From the IMG/VR virus record IMGVR_UViG_2713896764_000001, positions 29,669-93,668 of that record: DNA of 64,000 bases; one strand, given 5' to 3'. Source of the DNA: a virus (Duplodnaviria; Caudoviricetes). How positions within the stretch are numbered: position 1 is the stretch's first letter; each line of letters begins with the position of its first letter. The position numbers and the translations under genes are program-made. This document shows positions 28,585-39,140 of this stretch, piece by piece. The notes beneath the pieces were generated by a model. The model did no database searches, was not told the DNA's origin, and was given only the letters and a program-made list of their open reading frames with translations.

Positions 28585-29223
28585 TCAGTGAAGGGTTTTA
28601 GACTCGGCGCTCACGTAGCAGGCTTTGTGCGTCACGCCGGTTGTAAACTTATCCAGAACTCGAAGGCGATCTTCAAGCTCTGTCAGGAACAGAGGAATAA
28701 CGCCGCAGCGCACAGACTTGCCCTCTTTTGACACCCCTACTTTGGAAAGCAGGTAGTAGCTGGATGAGGTAATGCGCTCCTGAGCAACGAAGTTAATCAA
28801 GCCTCGGTCGGTTCGCCTGATATCTTCTTCGGTCAGCTCGATACCTGGTTGAATCAGAACAAGACTGTCGAACAGTTGCTCTGCTGCCTCCAAGCACTCG
28901 AAAACATGCTGCTCCAATCGCTCACATTGCTCCGGCGTTGCACCGTAAGGCGCAATCGCAATTGAGTAAGCAGCAATATCAATCGGTGTCCGGTCAGCAA
29001 TCATTTCAGGGTTGTTTTTCAACTGCTCAACCAAGTAGTCAAGCATATCGCGCTGGATATCAAGGCGCGTATCAAAGTCCATTTCAGAACGAACCTCTAA
29101 GCCGCGAACCTTAAACAAGCGACTTAGAGAGGTTTCAACGAAAGGCGTTTTCCATCGGGCAGAAAATGCTTTTGCCAGTGTTGTTTTTCCAGTGCCTTGA
29201 GCACCAATTAAACCGATTCGCAT
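28585..29223 (-). CDS. Nucleotide kinase-like P-loop protein (AAA_28/dNMP kinase)
   Basis: GAQGTGKTT, ADRTPID; own RBS AAGGA before ATG 29223. Confidence 0.8.
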   Translation of the reverse strand: MRIGLIGAQGTGKTTLAKAFSARWKTPFVETSLSRLFKVRGLEVRSEMDFDTRLDIQRDMLDYLVEQLKNNPEMIADRTPIDIAAYSIAIAPYGATPEQCERLEQHVFECLEAAEQLFDSLVLIQPGIELTEEDIRRTDRGLINFVAQERITSSSYYLLSKVGVSKEGKSVRCGVIPLFLTELEDRLRVLDKFTTGVTHKACYVSAESKTLH

Positions 29224-29706
29224 TGGTCTTCCTTTGAATACTTGCGGATAGCAAAGCCAAAACTGATTACGCTCATTTGCCTCATGATCTTCAAGCGTCT
29301 CAACCCTGCATAGAGACTTGTCAAAGCAAGGGAAAAACGTATCGCAATCAAGCTCCGCATCCACCTCTGTCAGATATATTTGCGAAGCATAAGGCAGGAA
29401 TTGAGCGTAAATCTCGCTTCCGCCAATTACCCACACATCAAATTCATTCGACAGGTCAATAACCGGCTGGATTTCACCGGTCGCCCACACGTCAGGTTTA
29501 TGCCAGTTGCCATCACGAGTCAGGACGATATTGGTTCGATTAGGGAGTGGACGGCCAATTGAGTCAAAGGTCTTCCGCCCCATGACAACAATTGAGCCGG
29601 AGGTCATTCGCTTAAAGAAAGCCATGTCGTCGGAAAGTTTAAAGGGAAGCGCATTCTGCTTCCCAATTCCATAGGCACGATCGGCTGCAGCAATCAGTTT
29701 AAGCAT
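29208..29706 (-). CDS. folA: Dihydrofolate reductase; a +1 indel near the 3' end fuses it to the kinase as sequenced
   Basis: IGKQNALP, MGRKTF, RPLPNRTNIVL, IGG, DTFFP. Confidence 0.9.
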
Positions 29707-30139
29707 TGAGTTCACCAGTAATCAGGACGGTAGGCTTATGGGGATGTGACAGCCAAGCTCGGGCGGTCTTCTGGAAAGGCTCTATGACAAATTCCAGCGT
29801 TGCTCCGGTGCTTTTCAGAAAGGCGTTAATCAAGTCCATTTTGAATTTGTCATTGGGCTTGCGGTTGTCAGCAGCTCTTAGCAGCAAGTGGTGGTAGGAA
29901 ACGCCATTTTCCATCAGCCACTCAACAGTCTCGTCTCTAACCGCATTAGAGCGACCAGATAACAAAACAACGACGTAACCTTGCAATGCCAGTCCATTCA
30001 GAACCGCGATTAGAGAGCGAACAGGCGCGTCATCACGACACGCCTTGTTGTAACGTTCCCAATCTTTCTTGTGCAACAGATAATCGCGGTGTTTTGTGTT
30101 GGCGATACCACCATCTAAATCACAAACTACAACTTTCAT
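29699..30139 (-). CDS. HAD-family (PNKP-like) phosphatase
   Basis: CDLDG, LSGR and Lys motif; last Asp motif degenerate. Confidence 0.75.
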   Translation of the reverse strand: MKVVVCDLDGGIANTKHRDYLLHKKDWERYNKACRDDAPVRSLIAVLNGLALQGYVVVLLSGRSNAVRDETVEWLMENGVSYHHLLLRAADNRKPNDKFKMDLINAFLKSTGATLEFVIEPFQKTARAWLSHPHKPTVLITGELNA

Positions 30140-30152
30140 CTGCCCCTCTCTA

Positions 30153-31214
30153 TCAGACCGCTACAGGGAACTTGATAAACGGGTGATGCTTGTAGCCTTC
30201 AATCACAACCTCTTCGAAAGCGAAATCGTCAATTTCCCAATAGTGATCAGGGAACAGGACGACAGGATCATTGTCGCCAATCGGCTCACGCGCCATTTGT
30301 GTTTCATAACCCTCGAAGTGATCGCTGTAAATATGAACATCACCGCCAAAGTGCGTGAATTCCACAGCCATGTGATCAGTAATTTGGGCGATAAAGTGAG
30401 TCAGAATCGCGTATCCCGAGATATTGAATGGCATTCCGACCATCACATCAACTGAGCGCTGATACAAGCCAGAGAACAAGCCACGACGCGGGATCTTGAA
30501 TTCATCCATCGCTTCATGGGTTGCAAACTCATAGCGCCCCTGCAAGTGGGAATTTACATACTCAACGAACTCGGCGTAGTTCGACTCATAGCCATACTTC
30601 AAGTGGGTCAGACCAATGTTGTAGCCGTGGATTGAACGGTCTTCCTCCGGCAACACCTTGCTACAAACTTGGAAGGTCATATGGCATGGTGGCAGCTTCA
30701 TGTCTCGCAGTTTACCGACGTTCCAGGCTGTCAAAATGATTCGACGGGCATCCGGCGTATTGCGAAGCGTATTAACCATATCCTGTAGCTGATCGACAAA
30801 GCGCTGCACCACTACCCGCTCATCGCCGAGAACGCCCACAACCTGATAGCCAATTTTCTCCAGCTCCGGAACCTCTTCGGCAGCAACAGCGCGGGTGTCT
30901 TCCCACTTACGCCACTGACAACCATAAACGGGCCCCAGTTCGAGATTTTCGTCAGCCCAAGCATCCCAAATGTGAACGCCGTTATCCTGCAAGAATTTAA
31001 TATTGCTTTCGCCGCGCAGATACCACTCCAGCTCTACACGCACCGCACGTTCATTGACTTTTTTCATGGACAGTAGCGGCACACGTAGACCACTCAGGTC
31101 ATACTTGGACATTTGGAACGGCAGAGACACAGTTCCGGTATTTGTGCGGTCATCTGATTTGAAACCACAGTTAAAGGTGGCTTTTGCTATCTCGTTATAG
31201 GCGTAATCTGCCAT
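30153..31214 (-). CDS. thyA: Thymidylate synthase
   Basis: DRTNTGT, LGPVYG, LPPCH, YQRSVD, GMPFN, HIY. Confidence 0.96.
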   Translation of the reverse strand: MADYAYNEIAKATFNCGFKSDDRTNTGTVSLPFQMSKYDLSGLRVPLLSMKKVNERAVRVELEWYLRGESNIKFLQDNGVHIWDAWADENLELGPVYGCQWRKWEDTRAVAAEEVPELEKIGYQVVGVLGDERVVVQRFVDQLQDMVNTLRNTPDARRIILTAWNVGKLRDMKLPPCHMTFQVCSKVLPEEDRSIHGYNIGLTHLKYGYESNYAEFVEYVNSHLQGRYEFATHEAMDEFKIPRRGLFSGLYQRSVDVMVGMPFNISGYAILTHFIAQITDHMAVEFTHFGGDVHIYSDHFEGYETQMAREPIGDNDPVVLFPDHYWEIDDFAFEEVVIEGYKHHPFIKFPVAV

Positions 31215-31338
31215 GTAATTATCCTATTAAAAAAAATGCCAGCCTAAGAAAGTCGGCTGGCACTTACTGTTACGAAACATAAAGCAATTGATTCCAAGGC
31301 AATTATAAGTCACAGCTTACTTACCTTTCAACGCCTTT

Positions 31339-31416
31339 TTACAGTGCGGAGAGACCTGCGGCCATCACTGCGTAAGGAATTGATAGAATGACAAATGCAG
31401 TTAACTTCCATGTCAT
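31339..31416 (-). CDS. Putative 25-aa hydrophobic peptide
   Basis: MTWKLTAFVILSIPYAVMAAGLSAL with purine-rich RBS; below the ORF-track cutoff. Confidence 0.4.
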   Translation of the reverse strand: MTWKLTAFVILSIPYAVMAAGLSAL

Positions 31417-31438
31417 AACGCTACTTCCCTTTCACAGT

Positions 31439-32173
31439 TTACGCGCTTAGCGCCTCTCTCAATACACCAGAGACGTAACCGCCAAGTTTCACTTCGTTAT
31501 ACGTCGGACACTTGAGGATTTTATTATCCGAAAGACGGTATCCAACATACTCGTCGCGATTCAAACAAGGGCGGAATGCAATGTCTCCATAACGCTCAGT
31601 GTCACTACCAGCCAACTCAAGACGCATTTCCGCATCTGCCGGCCATAGCTTTGACATATTAGAGGCGTGGATATCCTCCATCACGCTCTTGTGGTCGATC
31701 TTCCCGCATGTCATCACGGCTTCAATGACTTTAATCAGCACTCCACAGCCAATCAGGAAACGGTCAGCCAAGTTCTGAACGTCGCTAGTCACTTTGACTC
31801 CGTTCATTAGCGTTTCACAGCTCGACAGAGCAATCGCCACAACCATTTCAAGGTCGGTGCGGAATGTATTTCGCACGGACTTAGCCAAGATATAGCCTGC
31901 GTTAGCGTCAACGTGGCTTTCTAAGCTCAACCAGCTCGACTTCATAGCCGTGATTGAGCCTGCCGCCACATAAACTAAGTCTCCTAGCGCGTCGATCACG
32001 CCCTCTTCGTCGCCCGACTCGATAGCTTCCTTTAGCTCTTTTGCCTCCTCCAGAACAAGATTGTGTCGAGTCTGCAAAAGTCCCAGTGTCGGCGCTGCCG
32101 CAATTGGGTCGCCAAATACATCATGAAATTCGTGCGTAATCTCTAATGCCTGCTCGTATAAAGACATTTTCAT
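31439..32173 (-). CDS. MazG-like / PRA-PH NTP pyrophosphohydrolase
   Basis: EEAKEL, DALGDLVYV, IHASNMSK, KILK. Confidence 0.85.
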   Translation of the reverse strand: MKMSLYEQALEITHEFHDVFGDPIAAAPTLGLLQTRHNLVLEEAKELKEAIESGDEEGVIDALGDLVYVAAGSITAMKSSWLSLESHVDANAGYILAKSVRNTFRTDLEMVVAIALSSCETLMNGVKVTSDVQNLADRFLIGCGVLIKVIEAVMTCGKIDHKSVMEDIHASNMSKLWPADAEMRLELAGSDTERYGDIAFRPCLNRDEYVGYRLSDNKILKCPTYNEVKLGGYVSGVLREALSA

Positions 32174-32185
32174 TCCCTTGTGTAA

Positions 32186-33292
32186 TTAAAGTTCCATTTC
32201 GGCCAGTGCGCCGACATCAATAGACGCATCAATCTGACCAACAAGGTAGCTGGACATTTCAGCCTCTTGTGGAGCAACCTGCACATTAGAAGACAACAGC
32301 CAGTTATCCATCCAAGGCAGAGGATCGCTTGTCACTTCCGGATACAGAGGTTTTGACACACCCAAGCGAGCCATAGAGACGTTTGTTCGGTGTTTAACAT
32401 ATGCCTTTAGGATTTCAGCGTTCAGGCCAATCATAGAGCCATCGCGGAACAGGTGATCCGCCCACTCCATTTCCTGCTCGGAAACCTCTCGCATCGTATC
32501 CCATAGGAATTGCTCTTGGGATGCCGCAATAGCTTGCCAATCCGCACCTTCACGACCAATACGCATGAATCGAATCATTTCCTGAGTGCCGTGGCAATGC
32601 AGAGCCTCATCACGGGCAATCAGACGCATGATCTTCGTGTTTGACTCAAGCAGGCCATTACGCTCACCAAAGGCAAATGTGCAGGCAAAGCTCACGTAGA
32701 AGCGGATAGCCTCAAGCGCATTCAGCACAATCAGAGCGCGATAAACCTGAGTAGCCAGTTCGTTCTTAGGCACATCACCGTTAGCCTGGTGGCGACAAAC
32801 CAAGTCATACAGCTTGTCGTATTCCCGTGTAATCGACTCAGCACGTTTGATAATCGCCTCATCAATGATGATCTTGTCGAACACTTCTTGAGGCTGACTA
32901 AACAGACCACGAACAATATGGGTGTAGCTACGGCTATGGATAGTCTCACTAAACGCCCATGTCTCAACCCATGTCTCAAGCTCAGGCAGACTGACAATAG
33001 GCAGCAGAGTGATATTCACGCCACGAGCTTGAACGCTATCAAGCAGAGTTTGATATTTCAGGTTCGAGATGAAGATCTCGCGCTCATGCTCCGGCAAAGC
33101 CCAGAACTGAGCGTAGTCCTTATCCATCGCCACCTCTTCAGGACGCCAGAAAAACGATAGCTGTCGCTCAATCAGGCGCTCGAATAGCGTGTATTTCTGC
33201 TCATCGTAACGAGCGATATTCACTGGCTCACCCAAAAACATTGGCTCAAGTTTTGCGTCGAACTGTTTGCGGTTAAACGTTGTATAAGTCAC
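32186..33292 (-). CDS. nrdB: Class Ia ribonucleotide reductase beta subunit
   Basis: FFWRPEE, LLDSVQ, ETIHSRSY, EAIRFYVSF, DEALH. Confidence 0.97.
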   Translation of the reverse strand: MTYTTFNRKQFDAKLEPMFLGEPVNIARYDEQKYTLFERLIERQLSFFWRPEEVAMDKDYAQFWALPEHEREIFISNLKYQTLLDSVQARGVNITLLPIVSLPELETWVETWAFSETIHSRSYTHIVRGLFSQPQEVFDKIIIDEAIIKRAESITREYDKLYDLVCRHQANGDVPKNELATQVYRALIVLNALEAIRFYVSFACTFAFGERNGLLESNTKIMRLIARDEALHCHGTQEMIRFMRIGREGADWQAIAASQEQFLWDTMREVSEQEMEWADHLFRDGSMIGLNAEILKAYVKHRTNVSMARLGVSKPLYPEVTSDPLPWMDNWLLSSNVQVAPQEAEMSSYLVGQIDASIDVGALAEMEL

Positions 33293-33385
33293 TGTTTGTT
33301 TCTCTTGTTACTTGTTGTTTCGATAGCGCCATTTTGACGCAGTGAAGTAGGCAGAAAAGTGGGGATTGCTCCCCACCCTAATCAA

Positions 33386-35647
33386 TTAGATTTTGCAGCC
33401 ACCGTCGCAATCACTGTCTTTACTGCCATCAGAGTCCACTTCGCCAGCACCATCACGGGTGTTGTGGTAGTAAAGCGTCTTGATGCCAAGACGGTATGCA
33501 GTTAGCAGGTCGCGTAGAAGTTGTTGCATCGGGACAGCACCACCAAATGCACGAGGGTCATAGTTGGTGTTAGCCGAGATAGCCTGATCAACGAACTTCT
33601 GAATAACAGCAACAATTTCCAGATAGCCTTTGTTGCTTGGCATTTCCCACAGCAGCTCGTATTGCCAAGATAGGCTCGCAACATCCGGAACTACCTGCTT
33701 AATCATGCCGTCCTTGCTTGATTTCACAGACACAAGGCCACGAGGCGGCTCAATACCGTTTGTCGCATTCGAAATCTGGGAAGACGTTTCAGATGGCATC
33801 AGAGCCGTCAGCGCTGAGTTGCGCAGACCATGTGCTTTGATTTCACCGCGCAGCCATTCCCAATCAAGTTTCAGCTCATGGCTACAGATTGAATCAACCG
33901 CTTTTGCATAGTGATCAATCGGCAGTAAGCCTTTCGCATACTTGGTTTCTTCAAACCACTCACACTTGCCTTTCGTCTTAGCAAGCTCGTTTGATGCTTT
34001 CAGCAAATAGAACTGAATTGCCTCAAAGGTTTCATGAACCAGTGGCAGGCCAGAGCCGTCAGAGTAGCGACGACCGTTCTTAGCCAAGTAGTAAGCCAAG
34101 TTAACGACACCAACACCTAGCGAACGACGCGCCTTCGTGCCAATCTCTGCGGCTTTAACCGGATAGTTCTGGTAGTCGAACAGGTTATCCAGAGCAGCAA
34201 CTAGCAGGTATGACAGACGCTCAAGACGCTTCAGGTCACTTAGCGCACCAAGGTTGAATGCCGCCAGTGTGCAAAGCGCAATTTCGCCTTCCTCATCGAA
34301 AATATGATTCAGAGGCTTAGTTGGCAGCGTAATCTCTTGGCATAGGTTGGACTGCTTAACAGGCGCAACAGCAGGATCAAATGAACTGTGTGTGTTGCAG
34401 TGGTCGATGTTGAAGATATACAGACGACCGGTTCCCGCACGCTCTTGCATGATCAGAGAGAACAGGTTGGTTGCGGAGATAGTCTTCTTACGGATAGACG
34501 AGTCTTGCTCGTATTTCTCGTATAGCTCCACAAATTTCGCTTGGTCGCGGCTGAACGCATCCAGCAGGTCAGGCACATCACCTGGGCTAAACAGAGTAAT
34601 GTCTGCACCTTTAATCAGACGCTCGTAGAACAGGCGAGAGATAGCCACTGAGTAGTCAACGTGACGAACACGGTTGTCCTCAGTGCCTCGGTTGTTTTTC
34701 AGAACAACCAGATCTTCGATCTCAAGATGCCAAATTGGATAGGTGATAGTCGCAGCACCGCCACGCACCCCACCCTGAGAGCATGACTTCACTGCAGCTT
34801 GGAACATTTTGTAGAACGGGATGCAGCCAGTATGGAACGCTTCACCATTACGGATTTTCGAGCCAAGCGCACGTATGTTGCTTGCGCCAATGCCAATCCC
34901 TGCACGCTGAGAAACGTATCTAACAATCGCTGATGTTGTGGCGTTAATAGAGTCCAGACAGTCCCCTGACTCAATAACAACGCATGAGCTGTATTGGCGA
35001 GTCGGCGTGCGAACACCCGCCATAATTGGAGTTGGCAGTGAGATCTCAAAGGTAGAAACCGCATCGTAGAACTCTTTCACTATACCCATGCGGTCATATT
35101 TCCAGTCTTGGAACAGACACATTGAGATAAGCATGTAAGCCTGCTGCGGAGCCTCGTAAAGCTCTTTTGTTACACGGTTTTGAATCAGATATTTACTTTC
35201 AAGCTGGCTTACCGCCGCATACTGAAACAGATCATCACGCTCAGGCTTGATGTAAGCGCCAAGTTCGGCAATTTCTTCCGCCGTCCACTTCTGCTGGATT
35301 TCGGCGTCATAGATACCTTTCGCAGATAGATTGCGAACATGGGCGGAAAAATCAGGGTAATCATACTGACCAAACGCCAGCTTGCGGATGCGATAAAGAG
35401 CCAGCTTAGCCGCCACAATCGCATACTCAGGGTTTAGCTGGTTGATTTTATCAGCCGCAGCTTTAATCAGAGCTTTGTGGATGTCGTCAGTCTTCATTCC
35501 ATCGCTCAGACTGATTTTCGCCGCCATAGCAATCGCCGATACCGAGACTTTGCTCTCGTATCCTTGGCAGGCGAACTTGATTACTGCATTGATTTTTTCA
35601 GAGTCGAACGGCTGCTTAGAGCCATCGCGCTTTGTAACTGTAAGCAT
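33386..35647 (-). CDS. nrdA: Class Ia ribonucleotide reductase alpha subunit
   Basis: ATP cone, SSCV, SNLCQEI, TLYY, C-terminal CDGGC. Confidence 0.97.
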   Translation of the reverse strand: MLTVTKRDGSKQPFDSEKINAVIKFACQGYESKVSVSAIAMAAKISLSDGMKTDDIHKALIKAAADKINQLNPEYAIVAAKLALYRIRKLAFGQYDYPDFSAHVRNLSAKGIYDAEIQQKWTAEEIAELGAYIKPERDDLFQYAAVSQLESKYLIQNRVTKELYEAPQQAYMLISMCLFQDWKYDRMGIVKEFYDAVSTFEISLPTPIMAGVRTPTRQYSSCVVIESGDCLDSINATTSAIVRYVSQRAGIGIGASNIRALGSKIRNGEAFHTGCIPFYKMFQAAVKSCSQGGVRGGAATITYPIWHLEIEDLVVLKNNRGTEDNRVRHVDYSVAISRLFYERLIKGADITLFSPGDVPDLLDAFSRDQAKFVELYEKYEQDSSIRKKTISATNLFSLIMQERAGTGRLYIFNIDHCNTHSSFDPAVAPVKQSNLCQEITLPTKPLNHIFDEEGEIALCTLAAFNLGALSDLKRLERLSYLLVAALDNLFDYQNYPVKAAEIGTKARRSLGVGVVNLAYYLAKNGRRYSDGSGLPLVHETFEAIQFYLLKASNELAKTKGKCEWFEETKYAKGLLPIDHYAKAVDSICSHELKLDWEWLRGEIKAHGLRNSALTALMPSETSSQISNATNGIEPPRGLVSVKSSKDGMIKQVVPDVASLSWQYELLWEMPSNKGYLEIVAVIQKFVDQAISANTNYDPRAFGGAVPMQQLLRDLLTAYRLGIKTLYYHNTRDGAGEVDSDGSKDSDCDGGCKI

Positions 35648-35789
35648 GTTGTCTGTTATCCCTTATAACTCTGAACGGGATAATAAGTCATAGCTTACTT
35701 ATCGTAAATAACCAAACCACCATATTTTGCCTTTCAGGTGGCTTGGTTTACAAGATGTGCTTCTTTTGAGGGGGTTGATAAGCTACAGC

Positions 35790-36359
35790 TTATGCAACTT
35801 TGATGAAGTTTTTGAGGCTATCAACTAACTGTCTGAACTGGTCTTCTTGCAGACCGACATAAATCGCGGCAATGGCATCAGCCAAATGCTCATTCTTTCC
35901 AAGCACAATGGTTTCGCCTTTACGCTTCTGAGTTAACCAAGGGGCTTCCGGATGCCTTTCCATAGCCCACTCGATAACCTCTTGTTTGGACGTTGTCAGT
36001 TTACCACCAACCAATTTCTTAATCTGGTTAGGCGTAATCTGGATAAGAGGCTTGTCGATAGAGGCCAAAATCCCAAGGCATACACCGTAGTTGGTTTGTC
36101 CACGGCTGGATTGACTGCCAACCGGCAACTCTGCAAATACCACCGATGCCTGCTGAATATGGTGCTTGGAAGCGCGAACAATCTCGGTAGCACGGCGGAG
36201 ATCATCGGAGTTTTGACGAACCTGCTTATTCGATCCTTTCTTTGTCTCAGTCAAGATCATATCTCGAATCTCAACCTTGCCCGTTTCAATGTCATAAACA
36301 CCCTTAACCAAGCCAAAATTGCTCATCGAAGGGTCAAGTCCAATAATATCTAACTTCAT
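35790..36359 (-). CDS. RuvC-like Holliday junction resolvase
   Basis: GLDPS, AELP, SKQEV, ADAIA. Confidence 0.8.
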   Translation of the reverse strand: MKLDIIGLDPSMSNFGLVKGVYDIETGKVEIRDMILTETKKGSNKQVRQNSDDLRRATEIVRASKHHIQQASVVFAELPVGSQSSRGQTNYGVCLGILASIDKPLIQITPNQIKKLVGGKLTTSKQEVIEWAMERHPEAPWLTQKRKGETIVLGKNEHLADAIAAIYVGLQEDQFRQLVDSLKNFIKVA

Positions 36360-36363
36360 AGCA

Positions 36364-37224
36364 TCACCATGAGCCGAAAAGCTCGTTATCCTCGTATCCA
36401 GTAGTTATATTTTTGCTTGGTTCATCCGGCACACAATCGTCAATTGCAATGGATGAAACCGTATATCCGGAGATTTCGTCCCTTGCCAGCGTCTTTCTCT
36501 TGGCTCCAATCGCAGCCATGTAGCTAACGAGATCGGCAACAAGCCCACTCTCTTCCCCTGATATTGACGCCACCACGATTTCCGAGCCACTTTGCAGCTC
36601 GCAGTATCCAAAGGCACATTTGCTCTTCTCGTCGTCCACATTGGAAAGGGCAATGGTCTTGCGGGACTGAGCAATATTCATGGCGAATTCATCGAGATCT
36701 TGATAGCCAACCGAAAAATCATCCGCCAGTTCATCAGCGATATCGGCAATCAGCCGGTTGCGTCTCATTAGAGCTTCCAACGAAACGGCTGTTAAAGTCG
36801 ATGACGCGAACGTTAGGTGCTTCCCAGCTTCGTCAGATATCGAGTAGAAGATCTTTTCGCTGGAGGCCACCACGGGCATCAGGTATCGCCAGCGCTCAAC
36901 ATCAGCACCGTTCTGAACGTTAATGTCTAAATCGCCAATGCCTTCGAGGCCAATAGCCGCATCACAAGGCCCCTTTTCTCCGCCACCGGTAACACGGTCA
37001 ATTTGGCTTTTGAAGTTAACCTGGAGTGTGTCAAACATCTTCAAGCCGACTTCCATCAACATTTCTTCATAGCCTCGCGGAACGCCTCTCTCCGCAATAA
37101 CGCTATCAATAATCGTCCCCTCTTTGTCGCCAGAAACGATACCGAGTGTAATGGCATCAGCCATCACACCCGCGAACCACTGACCAAGCGCACGAACAGA
37201 AGGAGTGATAAAGGCAGTCATCAC
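36364..37224 (-). CDS. Hypothetical protein
   Basis: Coupled to the SbcC stop; ends YEDNELFGSW. Confidence 0.65.
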   Translation of the reverse strand: MMTAFITPSVRALGQWFAGVMADAITLGIVSGDKEGTIIDSVIAERGVPRGYEEMLMEVGLKMFDTLQVNFKSQIDRVTGGGEKGPCDAAIGLEGIGDLDINVQNGADVERWRYLMPVVASSEKIFYSISDEAGKHLTFASSTLTAVSLEALMRRNRLIADIADELADDFSVGYQDLDEFAMNIAQSRKTIALSNVDDEKSKCAFGYCELQSGSEIVVASISGEESGLVADLVSYMAAIGAKRKTLARDEISGYTVSSIAIDDCVPDEPSKNITTGYEDNELFGSW

Positions 37225-39140
37225 GCTTCCTCCATTCGGGATTGGCCGTCTTTCTTCACGACCGTTATAGTCTGGCGAATCCAAGATTTAAGGTCGTTGT
37301 GGCTGATCACCATTACCGTTCCTCGCTCAATGGCCTTCTCTTCCAGAATCCCCATCAAGCGCTCCAAGCCGGACTCATCAAGCGCATCGTCAATTTCATC
37401 GCCGACAAACAACTCAATATTCTTGGTCGCCCGGCTCGCTACCAGATCTTGAAGTGCCAATGTCGTCGCGATACGAACCTTGCGCTTCTCACCGCCAGAT
37501 AGTCCGGCAAAGGAATCAGCGCCATACACGTTGTTAACCGAAATGCCGAACTTATCCTTTGATTCGCCTTTCTTCGTTAGCTCAACCGTCTGCCACACTG
37601 CGGAGATCGCCCCATCTGAAAGAGCATTCAGGTAATGCGCTGTCCTCTCATTTAGGAATGGCGTTACCGCTTCGAGGATATGGTTGCGAACCCCCTTCGG
37701 AGAAAACACCTCACGCGCTGCCGCCAGCTCTTTGATATTCCGTCGTCCAACTTCAACATTGGCTTTCAGCTCACCAAGGCTTGAACGTAGCTCTTTGGCT
37801 CTTTCTTGTTTCGTGCTGATCATGCTCAGATATGGGTTTGTCTCACGGGCAATGCTGTCCGCTTGCGCACGGGCATCCTTGGCACGGTCTTTTGCTACTT
37901 TTGCGGAGGCTTCGATACGTGAAACCGACAACAGCTCGTTATTCAGCTTTGAAATCTGCTCAGTGGCAGCGGTTGTATCCGGACGGGCAGCAATCACCTT
38001 TTCGAGATTAGCCTTGGCATTCTCAATGGCCTTGTCAGCAGCTTCAATCTGAGGCTTTAGCTCATTGGCCTTAGCAACGAAATCCCCTGCACGCTTCTTG
38101 TGGTTTGAGCAAACCGCATCTAAATCACCCGCCCCATATGGCTTACCACACTCTCCGCATGGCTTGCCAACCTGATCGGCAACGCCCCTTGCATCCAATG
38201 CAGCCTTTTTCGCAGCTTCTACAAAGCTGGAATATTCACGACTGAGACGGTCTTTATTGCTCTCGGCAGACACTACAGCGCCTCGCGCATCAAACTCAAG
38301 GTCACGATGTTTGTCAGCACCGGCAATGGTTGCTTTTACTCGCTCAATCTCGGCACGGATATCCTCGCTGGATCTATCCGTATCCAAAGACAACTCGTAT
38401 TCAGCAGCCTCAGCATCCAGTCGCCCCGCTTCCTTGAGCGCATTGGCCTTTCGCTCTTCTCGCTGTGCATCCCACTCAGTCACTTTGTCCTTTAACAGCT
38501 TGATTTCGCCAACCAGAGAGCGCAGTTGGTCGGCAGTGGACTCCAACTTAGTTTCCTCCGATGCAAGACGAGTGGCTGCGGTATTGTGACGATCACGGGC
38601 AATGTCGTAAGCACGGGTCAGACGATCAATGCCAGCGGCTTCCTCAACGATGGCTTTCAGGTTCTTGTCAGTCATACCAGGCAAATCAGCCATGCCTTCC
38701 TGACTCGCATAAATCGAGGCAAGAAACACGTCTTTTGAACAGCCAAACAACCGGACAATCATTTCCTGAGTGAGCCTATCTGTGCCTTTAGTGATTTCGC
38801 CGTCTTCACTAAACACTTGAACATGGTTCTTGCCGGTTGGATGCTTGCGGTGACGGACAATCGAATAGCGCTTTCCATCATCCTCGACTGTCGCGCAGAC
38901 CCGAGTGCCCTTTCCTGACTTGCGGTTTACGACTTGGTCGGCTTTCAGGCCATGAGCGGTTTCACCATAAAGCACCCAGCACAACGCATTAAGCAGTGTG
39001 GACTTGCCTGCGCCATTGGACTCGGCGGAACTGTCATCTTCGTTTCGACCTTGAATCAAAACCAATCCGCGATCACTTAGCGAAACCTTGGCTTCGCCAA
39101 TCGTCATGAACTTTTCAATGTCTAAAGAAAGCAGCTTCAC
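37221..39140 (-). CDS. SbcC/Rad50-like SMC ATPase
   Basis: NGAGKS, coiled coil, CGECG zinc hook, LSGGE, GDE, SH. Confidence 0.93.
   Translation of the reverse strand: MKLLSLDIEKFMTIGEAKVSLSDRGLVLIQGRNEDDSSAESNGAGKSTLLNALCWVLYGETAHGLKADQVVNRKSGKGTRVCATVEDDGKRYSIVRHRKHPTGKNHVQVFSEDGEITKGTDRLTQEMIVRLFGCSKDVFLASIYASQEGMADLPGMTDKNLKAIVEEAAGIDRLTRAYDIARDRHNTAATRLASEETKLESTADQLRSLVGEIKLLKDKVTEWDAQREERKANALKEAGRLDAEAAEYELSLDTDRSSEDIRAEIERVKATIAGADKHRDLEFDARGAVVSAESNKDRLSREYSSFVEAAKKAALDARGVADQVGKPCGECGKPYGAGDLDAVCSNHKKRAGDFVAKANELKPQIEAADKAIENAKANLEKVIAARPDTTAATEQISKLNNELLSVSRIEASAKVAKDRAKDARAQADSIARETNPYLSMISTKQERAKELRSSLGELKANVEVGRRNIKELAAAREVFSPKGVRNHILEAVTPFLNERTAHYLNALSDGAISAVWQTVELTKKGESKDKFGISVNNVYGADSFAGLSGGEKRKVRIATTLALQDLVASRATKNIELFVGDEIDDALDESGLERLMGILEEKAIERGTVMVISHNDLKSWIRQTITVVKKDGQSRMEEA

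Noticed and set aside
30153-31214. dCMP hydroxymethylase suggested by the large insertion
   Set aside because: It keeps the dUMP-specifying Asn (GMPFN) and sits with DHFR; ordinary ThyA is more likely
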